In this document: one piece after another, positions 31,155 to 47,372 of the stretch
Position numbering within the stretch: the first letter of the stretch is position 1
Layout: every line of letters begins with the position of its first letter
DNA from: Eledone cirrhosa
Taxonomy: Eukaryota
Length of the DNA: 64,000 bases
Reading direction: 5' to 3'
Assembly (NCBI GenBank): GCA_964016885.1
Contig: OZ024754.1
Coordinates: forward strand, 5,456,001 to 5,520,000
Notes under the pieces: model-generated
Told to the model about the DNA's origin: nothing
Seen by the model: only the letters and a program-made list of their open reading frames with translations
Databases searched by the model: none
Program-made: the position numbers and the translations under genes

Positions 31155-31299
31155 CTCATTTCTACAGCTGAGTAAACTGGAGCAACGTGAAATAAAGTGA
31201 CTTACTCAAGGAAACAACACATCACCCGGTCCGAGAATTGAACTCACAACCTTTCGATTGCATGCCCAATGCTCTAACCACTAAGCCATGCTCCTTCAC
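31155..31299 (-). mobile_element. SINE family B
   Basis: Reverse complement of a tRNA-like head plus CORE-like motif. Confidence 0.75.
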
Positions 31300-31520
31300 T
31301 AAGCCATGCACCGTGATTGGTGTTAATTTAACATTTTTTTTTATTTTGGGAGGTGATTGGTGTTGATTTCACAGTTCTTTAGTCTCAGGAGGTGATTGGA
31401 GTTGCTTTAACAGTTCCGGATAAAAGGCAAAGTGGACTTCGGTAGAATCTGAATTCAGAATGCAGAGACACAGAACAAATATCAAAAGCTCTGAAAACCC
31501 TGCCAAATCGACTGCTTTAT

Positions 31521-31552
<32 letters not shown>

Positions 31553-31591
31553 TTATAAATATACATATATATGTGTATATATATGTATATA

Positions 31592-31845
31592 CACAGAGGA
31601 GACTGAGGTTAGCTGGACATGCTCACAGACATCCAGAGTTGACATTGCACTCAGTGCTCCTGTGGGAGCCCCTACATGGACACACTGGAAGGGGAAGACC
31701 AAGGTTAACGTATGTTGATGCCCTAAAGACAGACACTGGTCTGTTGGAGACGCAGGCCATGGCAGCGATAATGAGGGACAGAGACCGCTGGAGAGAACTC
31801 ATCCATGGATCTCGGGAATTTCACCCCGCCCTAGAATAGAATATA
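31592..31845 (+). mobile_element. 5'-truncated RTE-clade LINE 3' end (intact C-terminal reading frame)
   Basis: QRRLRLAGH...LLWEP...GRGRPRLTYVDAL...MRDRDRWRELI is typical of RTE/RTEX ORF C-termini; ends in tagaatagaata then (TA)n. Confidence 0.85.
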
Positions 31846-32108
31846 TATATATATATATATATATGTATAGTACACATATATATATATACATATATATATA
31901 TACACATATTTATAAATACATATACATAATATAATATATACATACATACATTCATATACATACCTACACACACACACACACACACATATTATATATATAT
32001 ATATATATACATGCCTACACATACATATATGTATATAATATATATGATATATAATATATATGATATATAATGTATATATATATATATACACATATATATA
32101 TATATATT

Positions 32109-32373
<265 letters not shown>

Positions 32374-32676
32374 CATATATACTATATATACATATATATA
32401 TAAACAAGAATACGACGTTTACATATAAACAGGCCTGTATCTGTTTGTCAGACTGTTTAGCCCCAGATTGAACGCTGCCAAACAATTCTGTTGTTACTAG
32501 ACACTACTAATCACTGTTATTATGCAGGCGCCGCTTTGCCCCTCAGTTTTCAGGGACCCATTCACAGACAGGTGGTGTAATTAACATTTACTCACCCCCA
32601 CAGCAAAGAAATAAATAAATAGGGGCAATAACTATAAAGTAAATTAAATGAAAATAAAATAAAAATGAAATAAAAT

Positions 32677-32715
<39 letters not shown>

Positions 32716-33009
32716 CTTAAACATAAAGCCATGAATTTCTCCAACCAGCCAACAAATAACCAGCAATGACTGGATAATGAACTGACTATCATGACTGCCA
32801 TCATCATCATCATCATCATCATCATCATTATCATCATTATCATCATTATCATCATCATCATCATCATCATCAACAACAACAACATTATCACTACATCAAT
32901 CATCATGAAGATATGAGCTACCAGCTCCCGCAGTACAGTTATACTATTGCCGTCCGTTTGCATGTATATATATATATATAATATATATATATATATGTCT
33001 GTGTGTGTG

Positions 33010-33083
<74 letters not shown>

Positions 33084-33084
33084 C

Positions 33085-33340
<256 letters not shown>

Positions 33341-33929
33341 TATATATATATATATATGTATGTATATATTATATAGATATGTGATGTAAATGTGCGTGTT
33401 TTTGTGATGTTTTGTGGATATCGCTGTGTGTTTGTTTGCAAGTGTGAGTTTGTATTTGTGTGTATATATGTGTATATGTGTATATATGTGTGTGTTTAAT
33501 ATTCATATAATTCACACGTGTCTGCGATGCTGACTTGTCTAGTTATATTTACCCTCCTCCACACTTCCTTTCTCGCCGTGACCTCCACACTAAGGTGTTC
33601 TCTACTCACACCAATAGACCAACCAACCAATTCATGACTCACAGTCAGCTGGTTGTATTAAATAAGGAGTCAACTCAATAAGCTTTTCTTTGCCACTAAA
33701 TATGGCTATAATATGTGAACAGGTAGGTTTAGGTGAACTTGTATATGTTGTTGTTTTTTTTTACCTGTTTTTAATTCCTATGTTTTCATTTCATACATCA
33801 CAAAATATATTATTATGTCTATAGAATTTAGTAATATACACATAAACATATATTCATACATAAATACAGACGGAGAGACGGGAAAACTTGGACGTCTAAA
33901 TGAGAAGACCTTCTGTATGGTTTAGTACA

Positions 33930-35400
33930 GAATCACATATACACATATAGGCATACACATACATATAGGCATACACATACATATATAGACACATACATAA
34001 TATACACACATACATAAATAGGCATACACATTCATATATACACACATACATATATACACACATACATAAATAGGCATACTCATACATATATACACACATA
34101 CATATATACACACATACATAAATAGGCATACACATATAGCTATATACACACATACATAAATAGGCATACACATACATATATACACACATACATATATACA
34201 CACATACATAAATGGGCATAGACATATAGCTATATACACACATACATAAATAGGCATAATCATACATATATACACACATACATAAATAGGCATAGACATA
34301 TAGCTATATACACACATACCCACTTGTATGTGTGTCTATTAAGTTATTTGTCCTATATGATTAAGTACAGTTATATACACACATGCATACACGTATACAC
34401 AGACATACCTATATACGCACATACATACTTGTATGTATATCTGCTCAGTTCTTTGTCCTTTATGATTAAGTACAGTTATATACACACATACCTATATACT
34501 CACATACACACTTGTATGTATATCTGTTCTGTGTATGATCAAGTACAGTTATACACGCACACACATACATACATAGACACACAAATACATATATACACAC
34601 GTACACATATATATATATATTAAGTTCTTTGTCCTATATGATCAAGTACACATATATATACACACACTCACATAGGCACACATATACCTATACACACGCA
34701 TACATATACACACATACCTATACACACACATACACATACACACATGTACTTTGTCGTACATGATTAAGTACACCTATATACACACACATACATAGGCACA
34801 CACATACATAGGCACACATATACCTATACACACACATACACATACACACATGTACTTTGTCGTACATGATTAAGTACACCTATATACACACACATACATA
34901 GGCACACACATACATAGGCACACATATACCTATACACACACATACGCATACACATATGTACTTTACCGTACATGATTAAGTACACATATATACACACACA
35001 TACATAGGCACACACATACATAGGCACACACATACCTATACATACAGATACGCATACACACATGTACTTTGTCGTACATGATTAAGTACACCTATATACA
35101 CACACATACATAGGCACACACATACATAGGCACACATATACCTATACACACACATACGCATACACACATGTACTTTGTCGTACATGATTAAGTACACATA
35201 TATACACACACATACATAGGCACACACATACATAGGCACACACATACCTATACACACACATACACACACACATGTACTTTGTCGTACATGATTAAGTACA
35301 CATATATACACACACATACATAGTCACACATATACCTATACACACACATACACACACACACATGCATAGGCACACGTATACAGACATATACACACATACC
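33930..35400. repeat. CA/TA-rich minisatellite complex including ~106-bp units
   Basis: catgtactttgtcgtacatgattaagtacac recurs at ~34743, 34849, 34955, 35061, 35167 and 35271. Confidence 0.9.
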
Positions 35401-35443
35401 TATACACATATATACTTGTTTTACGTCGTATACGATAAAATAC

Positions 35444-35490
<47 letters not shown>

Positions 35491-35787
35491 TACACATATA
35501 CATACACATACACACTTATATGGCTATATGAGAAGTTTCAAGGCGATACGACAAGACCTTTGACGTGTATGCGTAAATGCATATATACACATACATTCAT
35601 ACACACGAATGTATATACATACATGCACTTATCTGTCTTTCTACTTAGTTGTATAAGAGCATTTGTCGAAAATACACACATACACTTCCACATACATACG
35701 TACATACATACACATACATACATACATAAACACACATACAAACACATACACACACATATGAATATCTTGTAAGCTGTTCGTCGTTTC

Positions 35788-36172
35788 GGTGGTTTGGCAG
35801 TATCGGTAGAGGGTCGGACGCCATGCTTTGACGCATAGAGTTACGGCCCTTGCCATTCTGAGTTCAAATCCCGCCGAGGTTAACTTTGCCTTTCATCCTT
35901 ACGGGGTCGATAAAATAAAGTACCAGTAATGCACTGGGTAATTGCTGGCCTTGTGCCAAAAAGTAGAAACAATTAAATATATGCGGTCGATTGGCAGTAT
36001 CGGTAGAGTGTCGGACGCCATGCTTTGCAGCATAGAGTTACGGCCCTTTATAATCTGAGTTCAAATCCCGCCGAAGTTAACTTTGCCTTTCATCCTTACG
36101 GGGTCGATAAAATAAAGTACCAGTAATACACTGGAATAATTGCTGGCCTTATGCCAAAACTAGAAACAATTA
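35788..36172 (+). mobile_element. SINE family A dimer
   Basis: Two full copies, each ending in agaaacaattaaatata. Confidence 0.9.
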
Positions 36173-36792
36173 AATATACACAAATGGCAAACGACAAAAA
36201 TGAGCCTCCTTCGGTTTCGAAGATGACTCTTCAGTTGTATGGTCAACTAAACAAGAGAATTAACGTGGATGAGGTGTTGGCTGAGGAGGGGGGGTTTTTC
36301 AGACACCGCCGCAATCAAACTGACTGGAAACCAGTAAAATAATATAGGATTAAAACAAACACTTAAATTCAGAAAGAAAAATATATGAAGATGAGATGGC
36401 GCAATCTATATTGATGAGTTTTATATGAAATAATGGATTATTGATATTTAAGTGTCCTTAATCGTCATTTGTAAGGGGAGCTAATCCCTTACACCGAACT
36501 TAATCTGTCCAAGTCTAATCATTATTTAAAGAATTGAATTTCCTCACACAAAGTTTCTTATGACAGTAAAATACATTCGTGTTTGTTTCTGGACAAAATC
36601 TCTCATATTTTCGTTTCCTTTCATATACGTACACACACATATATATATAATATATATATATGTATGTATATATTATATATATATACTATATAAATATAAA
36701 GTATATATATATATAAATATATATATATAGATAAGTATAAAAAGAATATGATAATCTATTAATGCATGATTTTGAACGCCAAATTTAAACCA

Positions 36793-36867
<75 letters not shown>

Positions 36868-36890
36868 TATATACACATATATATAGCTAC

Positions 36891-36931
<41 letters not shown>

Positions 36932-36973
36932 CATATATTTATAACATATTATATATATATACATATATATATG

Positions 36974-37004
<31 letters not shown>

Positions 37005-37006
37005 AT

Positions 37007-37083
<77 letters not shown>

Positions 37084-37237
37084 ATGTGTGTGCGTGAATA
37101 ATGAGAGAGGTATATTGACAGAGAGTGACAGAGAGAGAGAGGGGGAGAGAGAAACAGAGAGAGAGAGAGAGAGAGAAAGAGGAAGAGAGAGAGAGACTGA
37201 GAGTGAGAGAGAGAGCGTGAGAGAAAGAGAGAGTGAC

Positions 37238-37328
<91 letters not shown>

Positions 37329-37407
37329 AGAAGTAATGCTTTCTTTGTTTGTTTTCGAGGATACAAAATGTATAATTAACTTATTGGAAGACAAAAGAAT
37401 ATAGAAA

Positions 37408-37587
37408 TAATTGTTTCCACTTTTGGCACAAGGCCAGCAATTTTCCAGTGTATTACTGGTACTTTATTTTATCGACTCCGTAAGGATGAAAGGCAAAGTC
37501 AACCTCGGCGGGATTTGAACTCAGATGGTAAAGGGACGTAACTATGTTGGAAAGCATGGCGTCCGTCTCTCTACCGATACTGCCAAC
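37408..37587 (-). mobile_element. SINE family A
   Basis: Full reverse-complement copy. Confidence 0.9.
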
Positions 37588-37990
37588 TAAATAATAAAAA
37601 TAAATTAGAATTAAATGTGAAAAGATGGTAAGGGGGGGGGGGGGGGGGATACTAAACAGAAAGTGAAAGTAGAGTCCGTGTTGATGGTGGTGATGATGAT
37701 GGTGGTGATGATGATGGTGGTGATGATGATGATGTTGATGATCGTGATGAAGATGACTACGATAACTATGATGATGATGATGATTATAAAATATGATGAT
37801 GATGAGTATGCTGATGATGATTATAAAATATGATATAGATGATGATGATGATGATGATATTGATCAGGAAGATGACTACGATGACTATGATGATGATGAT
37901 GATTAATGATGATGATTATAAAATATGATGATGATGATGATGATGATGATGATGGTGATGATGAAAATGCTGTTGTTCGTTGATGATAAC

Positions 37991-38038
<48 letters not shown>

Positions 38039-38196
38039 AACGATGATGATGATGATGATGATGATGGTGGTGATGATGATGATAACGATGATGATGATGA
38101 TGATAATGATGATGATGATAACGATGATGATGATGATAATGATGATGATGATAATGATGATGAAAATGCCGTTGTTGTTGATGACAACGATGAGGT

Positions 38197-38236
<40 letters not shown>

Positions 38237-38479
38237 AATAAGGAAGTTTTGTTTTGAGGGAAGAAGTAATATTTGTAACGTGTGTAATGTGTAAATCCTG
38301 CTTTTATTGTATTATGTTACCAGTGATCACACTTGCATTGCTAATAGGCAACTGTAACTTGAGTTGGAATAAAATGAATTTCAACATTTTTTCAGCACTG
38401 TACGTGTCAGTCACTGGACAGCTCTCTCTACAACTACAACAGCAGTACTTTGCTTTCATGTAAGACATTGCTAGAATCT

Positions 38480-39585
38480 CTGGTTTGTTTATTGGTTTGT
38501 TTGGTTTGTTGGTTTGTAGGTTTGTGGGCTGGTTGGTTTGTGGGTTGGTTTGTTGGTTTGTAGGTTTGTTGGCTGGTTGGTTTGTGGTTGGTTTGTTGGT
38601 TTGTTGATTTGTTGGTTGATTGGTTTGTGGGTTTGTTGGTTGGCTTGTGGGTTTGTTGGTTGGTTTGTTGATTTGTTGGTTGGTTGGTTTGTGGGTTTGT
38701 TGGTTGGCTTGTGGCTTTGTTGGTTTGATGGTTTGTTGGTTGGTTGGTTTGTGGGTTTGTTGGTTGGCTTGTGGTTTTGTTGGTTTGATGGTTTGTTGGT
38801 TTGTTGGTTTGTTGGTTTGTTGGTTTGTGGGTTTGTTGGTTTGATTGTTGGTTTGTTGGCTTGTGGGTTTGTTGGTTGGCTTGTGGGTTTGTTGGTTGGT
38901 TTGTTGATTTGTTGGTTGGTTGGTTTGTGGGTTTGTTGGTTGGCTTGTGGTTTTGTTGGTTTGATGGTTTGGTGGTTTGTTGGTTTGTTGGTTTGTGGGT
39001 TTGTTGGTTTGATTGTTGGTTTGTTGGCTTGTAGGTTTGTTGGTTTGATGGTTTCTTGGTTTATTGGTTTGTGGGTTTGTTGGTTGGCTTGTGGGTTTGT
39101 TGGTTTGTGAGTTTGTTGGTTTATGGGTTTGTTGGTTGGCTTGTGGGTTTGTTGGTTTGTGGGTTTGTTGGTTTGTGGGTTTATTGGTTTATGGGTTTTT
39201 TGGTTGGCTTGTAGGTTTGTGGGTTTGTTGGTTTGATTGTTAGTTTGTTGGCTTGTAGGTTTCTTGGTTTGAGGGTTTGTTGGTTTATTGGTTTGTGGGT
39301 TTGTTGGTTGGCTTGTGGGTTTGTTGGTTGGCTTGTGGGTTTGTTCGTTTGTGGGTTTGTTGGTTTATGGGTTTTTTGGTTGGCTTGTGGGTTTGTAGGT
39401 TTGTTGGTTTATAGGTTTGTTGGTTGGCTTGTGGGTTTGTTGGTTTGTGGGTTTGTTGGTTGGCTTGTGGGTTTGTTGGTTTGTTGGTTGGCTTGTGGGT
39501 TTGTTGGTTTGTGGGTTTGTTGGTTTATGGGTTTGTTGGTTGGTTTGTTGGTTTATTGGTTTATGGGTTTGTTGGTTTGTTTGTA
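38480..39585. repeat. G/T-rich (GTTTGTTG/GTGG)n low-complexity satellite
   Basis: Direct inspection. Confidence 0.9.
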
Positions 39586-39641
39586 AAAGAAGTCCTCGTT
39601 ACCATCATCATTATCGTTATTATTATATTCGTCGTCGATGA

Positions 39642-39828
39642 CGGTGGATTGGCAGTATCGGTAGAGGGTCGGACGCCATGCTTTGCAGCAAAGAGTTACG
39701 GCCCTTTGCGGTCTGATTTCAAATCCCGCCGAGGTTAACTTTGCCTTTCGTCCTTACGAGGTCGATAAAATAAAGTACCAGTAATGCACTGGGATAATTG
39801 TCGGCCTTGTGCCAAAAGTAGAAACAAT
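39642..39828 (+). mobile_element. SINE family A
   Basis: Full copy. Confidence 0.9.
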
Positions 39829-39849
39829 TATTATCTTCGTCGTCATGGT

Positions 39850-40024
39850 TATCATGGTGTTTATCATCATCATCAGCAGCAGCAGCAACAACATCGCAAT
39901 CATCATCAACATCATCTTCTTCATCGTGGTCACCATCATCATCATCACCACCACCACCACAACTATCATCATCATCATCATCATCGTCACCACCATCATC
40001 ATCATCATCATCTTCATCATCACC

Positions 40025-40091
<67 letters not shown>

Positions 40092-40153
40092 CCACCATCA
40101 TCATCATCATCACCACCATCATCATCATCATCACCACCATCATCATCATCACC

Positions 40154-40187
<34 letters not shown>

Positions 40188-40792
40188 CCACCACCACCAC
40201 CATCATCATCATCACCACCACCACCACCATCATCACCACCACCATCATCATCATCACCACCACCACCACCATCATCATCATCACCACCACCACCACCATC
40301 ATTATCACCATCATCATCTTCATCATCTTCATCATCACCACCACCACCATCATCATCATCACCACCACCACCACCATCATCATCATCACCACCACCACCA
40401 CCATCATCACCACCACCATCATCATCATCACCACCACCACCACCATCATCATCATCACCACCACCACCACCATCATTATCACCATCATCATCTTCATCAT
40501 CTTCATCATCACCACCACCACCATCATCATCATCACCACCACCACCACCATCATCATCATCACCACCACCACCACCATCATCACCACCACCATCATCATC
40601 ATCACCACCACCACCACCATCATCATCATCACCACCACCACCACCATCATTATCACCATCATCATCTTCATCATCTTCATCATCACCACCACCACCACCA
40701 TCATCATCACCACCACCACCACCACCATCATCACCACCATCATTATCACCATCATCATCATCATCATCATCACCACCACCACCACCACCACC

Positions 40793-40826
<34 letters not shown>

Positions 40827-40835
40827 TCATTATTA
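39850..40835. repeat. (CAT/CAC)n tract with 174-bp higher-order period
   Basis: Marker attatcaccatcatcatcttcatcatcttc at 40301, 40475 and 40649. Confidence 0.9.
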
Positions 40836-41021
40836 CTACTTTGTTGTTGTTGTTGTTCTAGAAAGTTCATTAAGTTTTTTTATAGTTCTTCTATTTTTAT
40901 TTTATATATTTTTTTTCTAAATTTTAATATTTTAATTATTTTTCTATTCTATTTCTCCATTATATTCTCCTATATATATGCATTAAAAAAATCATGTTAG
41001 CAATTATTCCTTCTTTCCTTT

Positions 41022-41133
<112 letters not shown>

Positions 41134-41265
41134 TTGTATGTGTGTTTGTGTGTGTGTTTGTGTGTGTATGTACGTACGGGCGTAATGTGGATGTTCCTTG
41201 GTGAAGGCTTGTGTTTTTTGTAATTGTTGTTAAGTATGTGTGAAGGTATGTGTGTGAATATAAAT

Positions 41266-41324
<59 letters not shown>

Positions 41325-41684
41325 CTGTATGTGTGTGTGTGTTAATATATGTGCATGTGCATGAACATGCGTGCTTGTGTGTGTGTATTTATATATATAT
41401 ATATACGTGTGTGCGTAATGTAATTGCTAGAGTGGATGTCCTTGTGAATGGTTGTGTGTTTGTAATTGTGTTGGCAGTGTGTGTACGTGTTCAAATATGT
41501 GTACGCGTGTATATCTGTTTCAGCGTGTGTGTGTGTGTGTGATAGAGCTTGTGGGTGTGTGTATATGTGTAAGGTGCGTATGTGTGTATATGCGTGCGTG
41601 TATGTTTGTGTTTGTGTGTTTATGCGTGTGTATGTGCGTGTGCGTGAGAGCGTGTGTGTGTGTGTGTGTGTTTGTGTGTGTGTT

Positions 41685-41753
<69 letters not shown>

Positions 41754-43012
41754 ATGTGTGTGTGTGTGTTTATGTGTGTGTGTATGTGTGTCTGTATGTG
41801 TGTGAGAGATTTATTCAGTCATTTTCTTTTTTTATGTCTAAAATTTGTATTTATTTTATTGAAATGTAAGAACAGAATTTCCATTTTAAAAATTCAGATA
41901 TTAAAATAATTATCATGTAATTAATTTTTATATTAATCTTTACTTCATTTTTTTTTTATCTTTTCACTTTAGAAACATTTGTATATTTTTTAAAAATCTT
42001 ATTTTTATTTATTTATTGAGTATTTTTTAAAAATCTATATTTGTTTTGTCTAATGATTTCTGAGGTTGTTGAAGTTTTTTTACATTTTCCAAATAAATAT
42101 AGTACTGATTCTCCTGTTGTTGATCATCTTGTTGTTGGCGACGCCTTCTGGGTGTTTGTGCGTGTGTGTGTACGTGTGTGTGAATGTGTATATGTGTGTG
42201 TGTGTGCGTGTGTGTGAGTGTGTCTATGTATGTGTGTGTACGTGCATGTGTGCGTATATATGTGTGTGTTTGTGTATGAGCTCATGGGTGTGTATGTGTA
42301 CGAGAGCATGTATATATGTGTGTGTGTGTTAGTTTGTGTGTGTGTGTGCATGTGTGTGTACTTGTATGAATTCGTGTATATATATGTGTCTTTGTATGAG
42401 TGTGTGTGTGTGTGTCAGTGTATATATATATATGTGTGTGTGTTCATGTATGTGTACGTGTATGAGTGTGTGTATATATATATGTGTGTGTGTGTTTCTA
42501 TGTGTGTGTTTGTGAGAGTGTGTATATATATGTGTGTATTTGCGTGTGCATGTGTGTGTACGTGTCTGAGTGTGTGTATATATATATGTGCGTGTGTGTT
42601 TCTACGTGTGTGTTTCTGAGAGTGTGTATATGTATGTGTGTATTTGTGTGTGCATGTGTGTGTATGTGTATGTATGAGTGCGTGTATATGTGTGTTTCTG
42701 TGTGAGAATATGTGTGTATATATATGTGTGTGGCGGGGTTGTGCCTGTGTGTGTGTACAGGAATTATGAACACAAGATGGCTGAATGGTTCAGATAAGCT
42801 TTAGGCAATCAATAGGTCTGGTGTTCGATCCCTTTGTCTGACATTAGAGCAAGTGATGTTTGCTTTTACGATCCCGTCTATACTCTGTACGTGGACATAT
42901 ATATTTACTTGTTTTATATACTATAATATACATGTATATGTGTGTTTTTATGTATGTATATGTAGGTATATATATATATATGTACATGTATGTATATACA
43001 TTTATAGATGTA

Positions 43013-43082
<70 letters not shown>

Positions 43083-43184
43083 TATACATCTATAAATGTA
43101 TATATGTATATATAAATGTTTTATATATATATGTGTACATATATCTATATATGGCTGTAAATATACATATATACGTATACATGC

Positions 43185-43263
<79 letters not shown>

Positions 43264-43365
43264 TATACATCTATAAATGTATATATGTATATATAAATGT
43301 TTTATATATATATGTGTACATATATCTATATATGGATATAAATATACATATATACGTATACATGC

Positions 43366-43417
<52 letters not shown>

Positions 43418-43566
43418 ATGTATATATGTATGTATATATATATATATATATATACGTATATATATGTGTGTGTCTGGGTAATTAAGTGTTGTTTGCGTTG
43501 TGGAAATGTAATGACGAAAACTGAGGCGGCGGCGGCAGCACCACCACCACCAGCAGCAGTAGCAGC

Positions 43567-43598
<32 letters not shown>

Positions 43599-44914
43599 AA
43601 GCAGCGAATGTAAGGAAATAAGACAGACATAGTAGACGTAGTGGAGAATGTATTATTATTGTTGGTCATGCTATGCCAATCTTACATTCTTCCTTTTCTC
43701 AAACAGAACTCTTACGCACGGTTGCGTCGAATTCTTAGGTGCGCTTCGTCAGTCGCAGTTAATTTAGCTAAGTCGGACATCTATTTCCTTGTAACTTTCA
43801 ATGTTTGTGACACCCAGCATAGCTTCGGCCGCTGCCAAGAAATTTTGACCGGACATGCCAAAAAATATTTACCCCCAACGAAGCACTGTCCGTTAATTTT
43901 TACTTTTTATTTTTTCCCCTCCTGTTTAGTCATGGAGAAAATAACGAAAATAATGATTCGTTAATTGGCCATGACGTTCTAGCATTAAGGGACCGGGGTG
44001 TATGATAGGGTGAGTCCCCCTTTCCATCTCTTTAGAATATAAGGAATTTCTAGACACTTTGTACAAACATTTTACACAGGAGTATGTCAGAATGAAAATC
44101 GAAACCTTGTCTTCTAAGTACCACAATTTCTGTTAGAAAATAATTGTTGTCTACGAGTCAGACTGAGGATAGAAGGAAATTATTCTACGTGGTTGTTGTA
44201 CTTGCTAGAAATAGCAGCGTTGATAGGGTGTCGGATTGAAAATGCCTCGTTATTTGTGTGGTCTATTACCGATTTATTATCTGATTCTGACGAGGTCAAA
44301 GCCAGCCTTTATCGAGGACGATAAATAAAGTATCAGTCCATTAATAAGTTTCCCTCAATCTCTTGTTGTTTTTTTGGGGGGGAATAAATCAGCTGTGTTG
44401 TGACCCGGCTATTACCGAACACACGACCTTTAGACCGAGAGGCGAAGACCCGAATCGTTAAGATAACAAAAGATAGTAAATCCTATATTTTATCCGCAAA
44501 AAATTACTTCGATCTATAGATATTTTCAATAATCAGTAATACGCTCCTGTATCTGAGAGCATATAGAACCACATATGTTTGTGTACGTGATAATATATAT
44601 GTGAGTGTGAATGGTCTGCGTGGGTTGTGTGTATCTGGATACGTGGATTACAACGGAAGTAGATACAGATGACAATGTCTACAATACTTTCTAGAAAACT
44701 CATTCACCATATCTACTTTCATTATTGGCTCCTCCGTCCTTTTTTCCTTTGCATAGCTTTATTAAGTGTTTCTTCTTCTTCTTCTTCTTCTTCTTCTTCT
44801 TCTTCTTCTTCTTCTTCTTCTTCTTCTTCTTCTTCTTCTTCTTCTTCTTCTTCTTCTTCTTCTTCTTCTTCTTCTCACCTTCTCTCTCTCTCATATATTC
44901 ATATATAAATGTAA

Positions 44915-44945
<31 letters not shown>

Positions 44946-44948
44946 TAT

Positions 44949-45005
<57 letters not shown>

Positions 45006-45030
45006 GAGCGAGAGAGAGAGAGATTCATAC

Positions 45031-45087
<57 letters not shown>

Positions 45088-45110
45088 TATTCATACATAT
45101 ACATATATAT

Positions 45111-45143
<33 letters not shown>

Positions 45144-45159
45144 TTCATACACACACACA

Positions 45160-45250
<91 letters not shown>

Positions 45251-45508
45251 CTATATACATGTGTGTGTGAATGTGTTTGAGTGTGAATGTGATTGTGTTT
45301 GTGTATTAGGTTTTCTCACTTGTCGACTCGTCGTCGGTGCGAGAGCAGAACGCATGCTTCATTTCTTGAGAGGCGGCAGTGTCAAATTTGCCTCGTGATC
45401 AAAACTACCGGAAGGAGTTGACGCGGCCAATTTACTCTCCTCCCTGTCTTGGGCTGTGTGGACGGGCAGGCAATGGAAGCGACACTGAACAAAGAATGAT
45501 TAAAGCAC

Positions 45509-45636
<128 letters not shown>

Positions 45637-45926
45637 AAGAAGAAGAAGAAGAATGGTAATAAAAATAACAACAACAAAAATAAACGGTGGTTAGTGAAAG
45701 AAAGTAAAAGTTGAAGAAATGAGCTACTGTACCTCCTACAGATTCAGCCGATTCTATTTCATTTTGTTAGCCGTACTGCCATAACCAACATGGTGGATAG
45801 ATATTTAGATTGTTACTTGAGCTTAACCTGGATTCATTTAGTTTTTTAACGGGCTTCGTACACGTACACATACAAGAACACGGACGCTCATACACACATA
45901 AGCACACACAGACACACACACGCGCG

Positions 45927-45987
<61 letters not shown>

Positions 45988-46147
45988 ACACACACACACA
46001 GCCACATAGATCTACATATAGGCGTAATCACATACATATACACTCAACAATCCAGCAAATACACATATAAATACGCGTACAGTATTTCCAAAGGTATATA
46101 TCTATATATATATATATATGTATATATATTTATATATATATATATAT

Positions 46148-46245
46148 AATTGTTTCTACTTTTGGTACAAGGCCAGCAATTACCCAGTGTATTACTGGTA
46201 CTTTATTTTATCGACCCCGTAAGGATGAAAGGCAAAGTTAACCTT
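46148..46245 (-). mobile_element. SINE family A 3' part
   Basis: Reverse-complement tail and core. Confidence 0.85.
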
Positions 46246-46458
46246 ATAATAAAGTAAAAAAAGGACGAGTGATTACACCTTCATTACGTTTATTGGTTGG
46301 TGACGCGCGTTTCGCTATTGATCAACTAAAGGTTCGATCTGTATCGATCCAGCCAGCCCGACTCAGTAATCACTGGCTCTACACCTCCATACCGACGTGA
46401 ACCTAAACATCGAGTGCTCACCCGGGTGAACCTACAGTGACTCCGCGTTACACTCCCT

Positions 46459-46461
<3 letters not shown>
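46246..46461 (-). mobile_element. Element with hammerhead 3' half
   Basis: Minus strand reads ..caatagc-GAAAC-GCGC-GUC-accaaccAATAAA; no CUGANGA found upstream. Confidence 0.4.
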
Positions 46462-46500
<39 letters not shown>

Positions 46501-46504
<4 letters not shown>

Positions 46505-46857
46505 AAAAAGGGATGAAATCGAAAATGCAACTGAAGTCTTATTTTTTTTTTAAATATATATATTTATTTGGTTCCTTTACCGGTTTCGCAGTTCTTCTGC
46601 TTTTCAAAAGGTGAGTTGAGATGGAGGGTCTGTGGTTTTTCTCACATTTCAGATGTGAGAAAAACCACAGACCCTCCATCTCAACTCACCTTTTGAAAAG
46701 CAGAAGAACTGCGAAACCGGTAAAGGAACCAAATAAATATATATATTTTTAAAAAAAATAAGACTTCAGTTGCATTTTCGATTTCATCCCTTTTTCTTTA
46801 TACTTCCACTCGTGTAGGACACCTCGGTTATTTTTCATTTTGTAAAAAAAACCTCAC

Positions 46858-46865
<8 letters not shown>
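46501..46865. mobile_element. Fold-back element family P2 (best-preserved copy)
   Basis: ~148-bp near-perfect inverted arms centred at ~46650, tail 46801-46865, (TA)n on both sides. Confidence 0.9.
46689..46726 (+). ncRNA. Predicted minimal hammerhead ribozyme (U3-A8 variant), P2
   Basis: CCUU-UUGAAAA-GCAG(AAGAA)CUGC-GAAACCGGUA^-AAGG; predicted cleavage after 46722; identical copy on minus at 46574-46611. Confidence 0.7.

Positions 46866-47372
<507 letters not shown>

Noticed and set aside
36201-36240. CTGAAGA...GAAAC on the minus strand
   Set aside because: Only one pair in stem II, no NUH triplet and no stem I; treated as chance.
39719-40920. Longest ORFs (poly-H, poly-D/G, poly-M/V, poly-I/T; 350-383 aa)
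   Set aside because: Open in several frames only because (CAT/CAC)n lacks stop codons; no splice or domain evidence.
43000-43400. ~181-bp duplication (similar ones at 17815-18060 and 47640-47930)
   Set aside because: Ordinary slippage duplications within TA-rich sequence.
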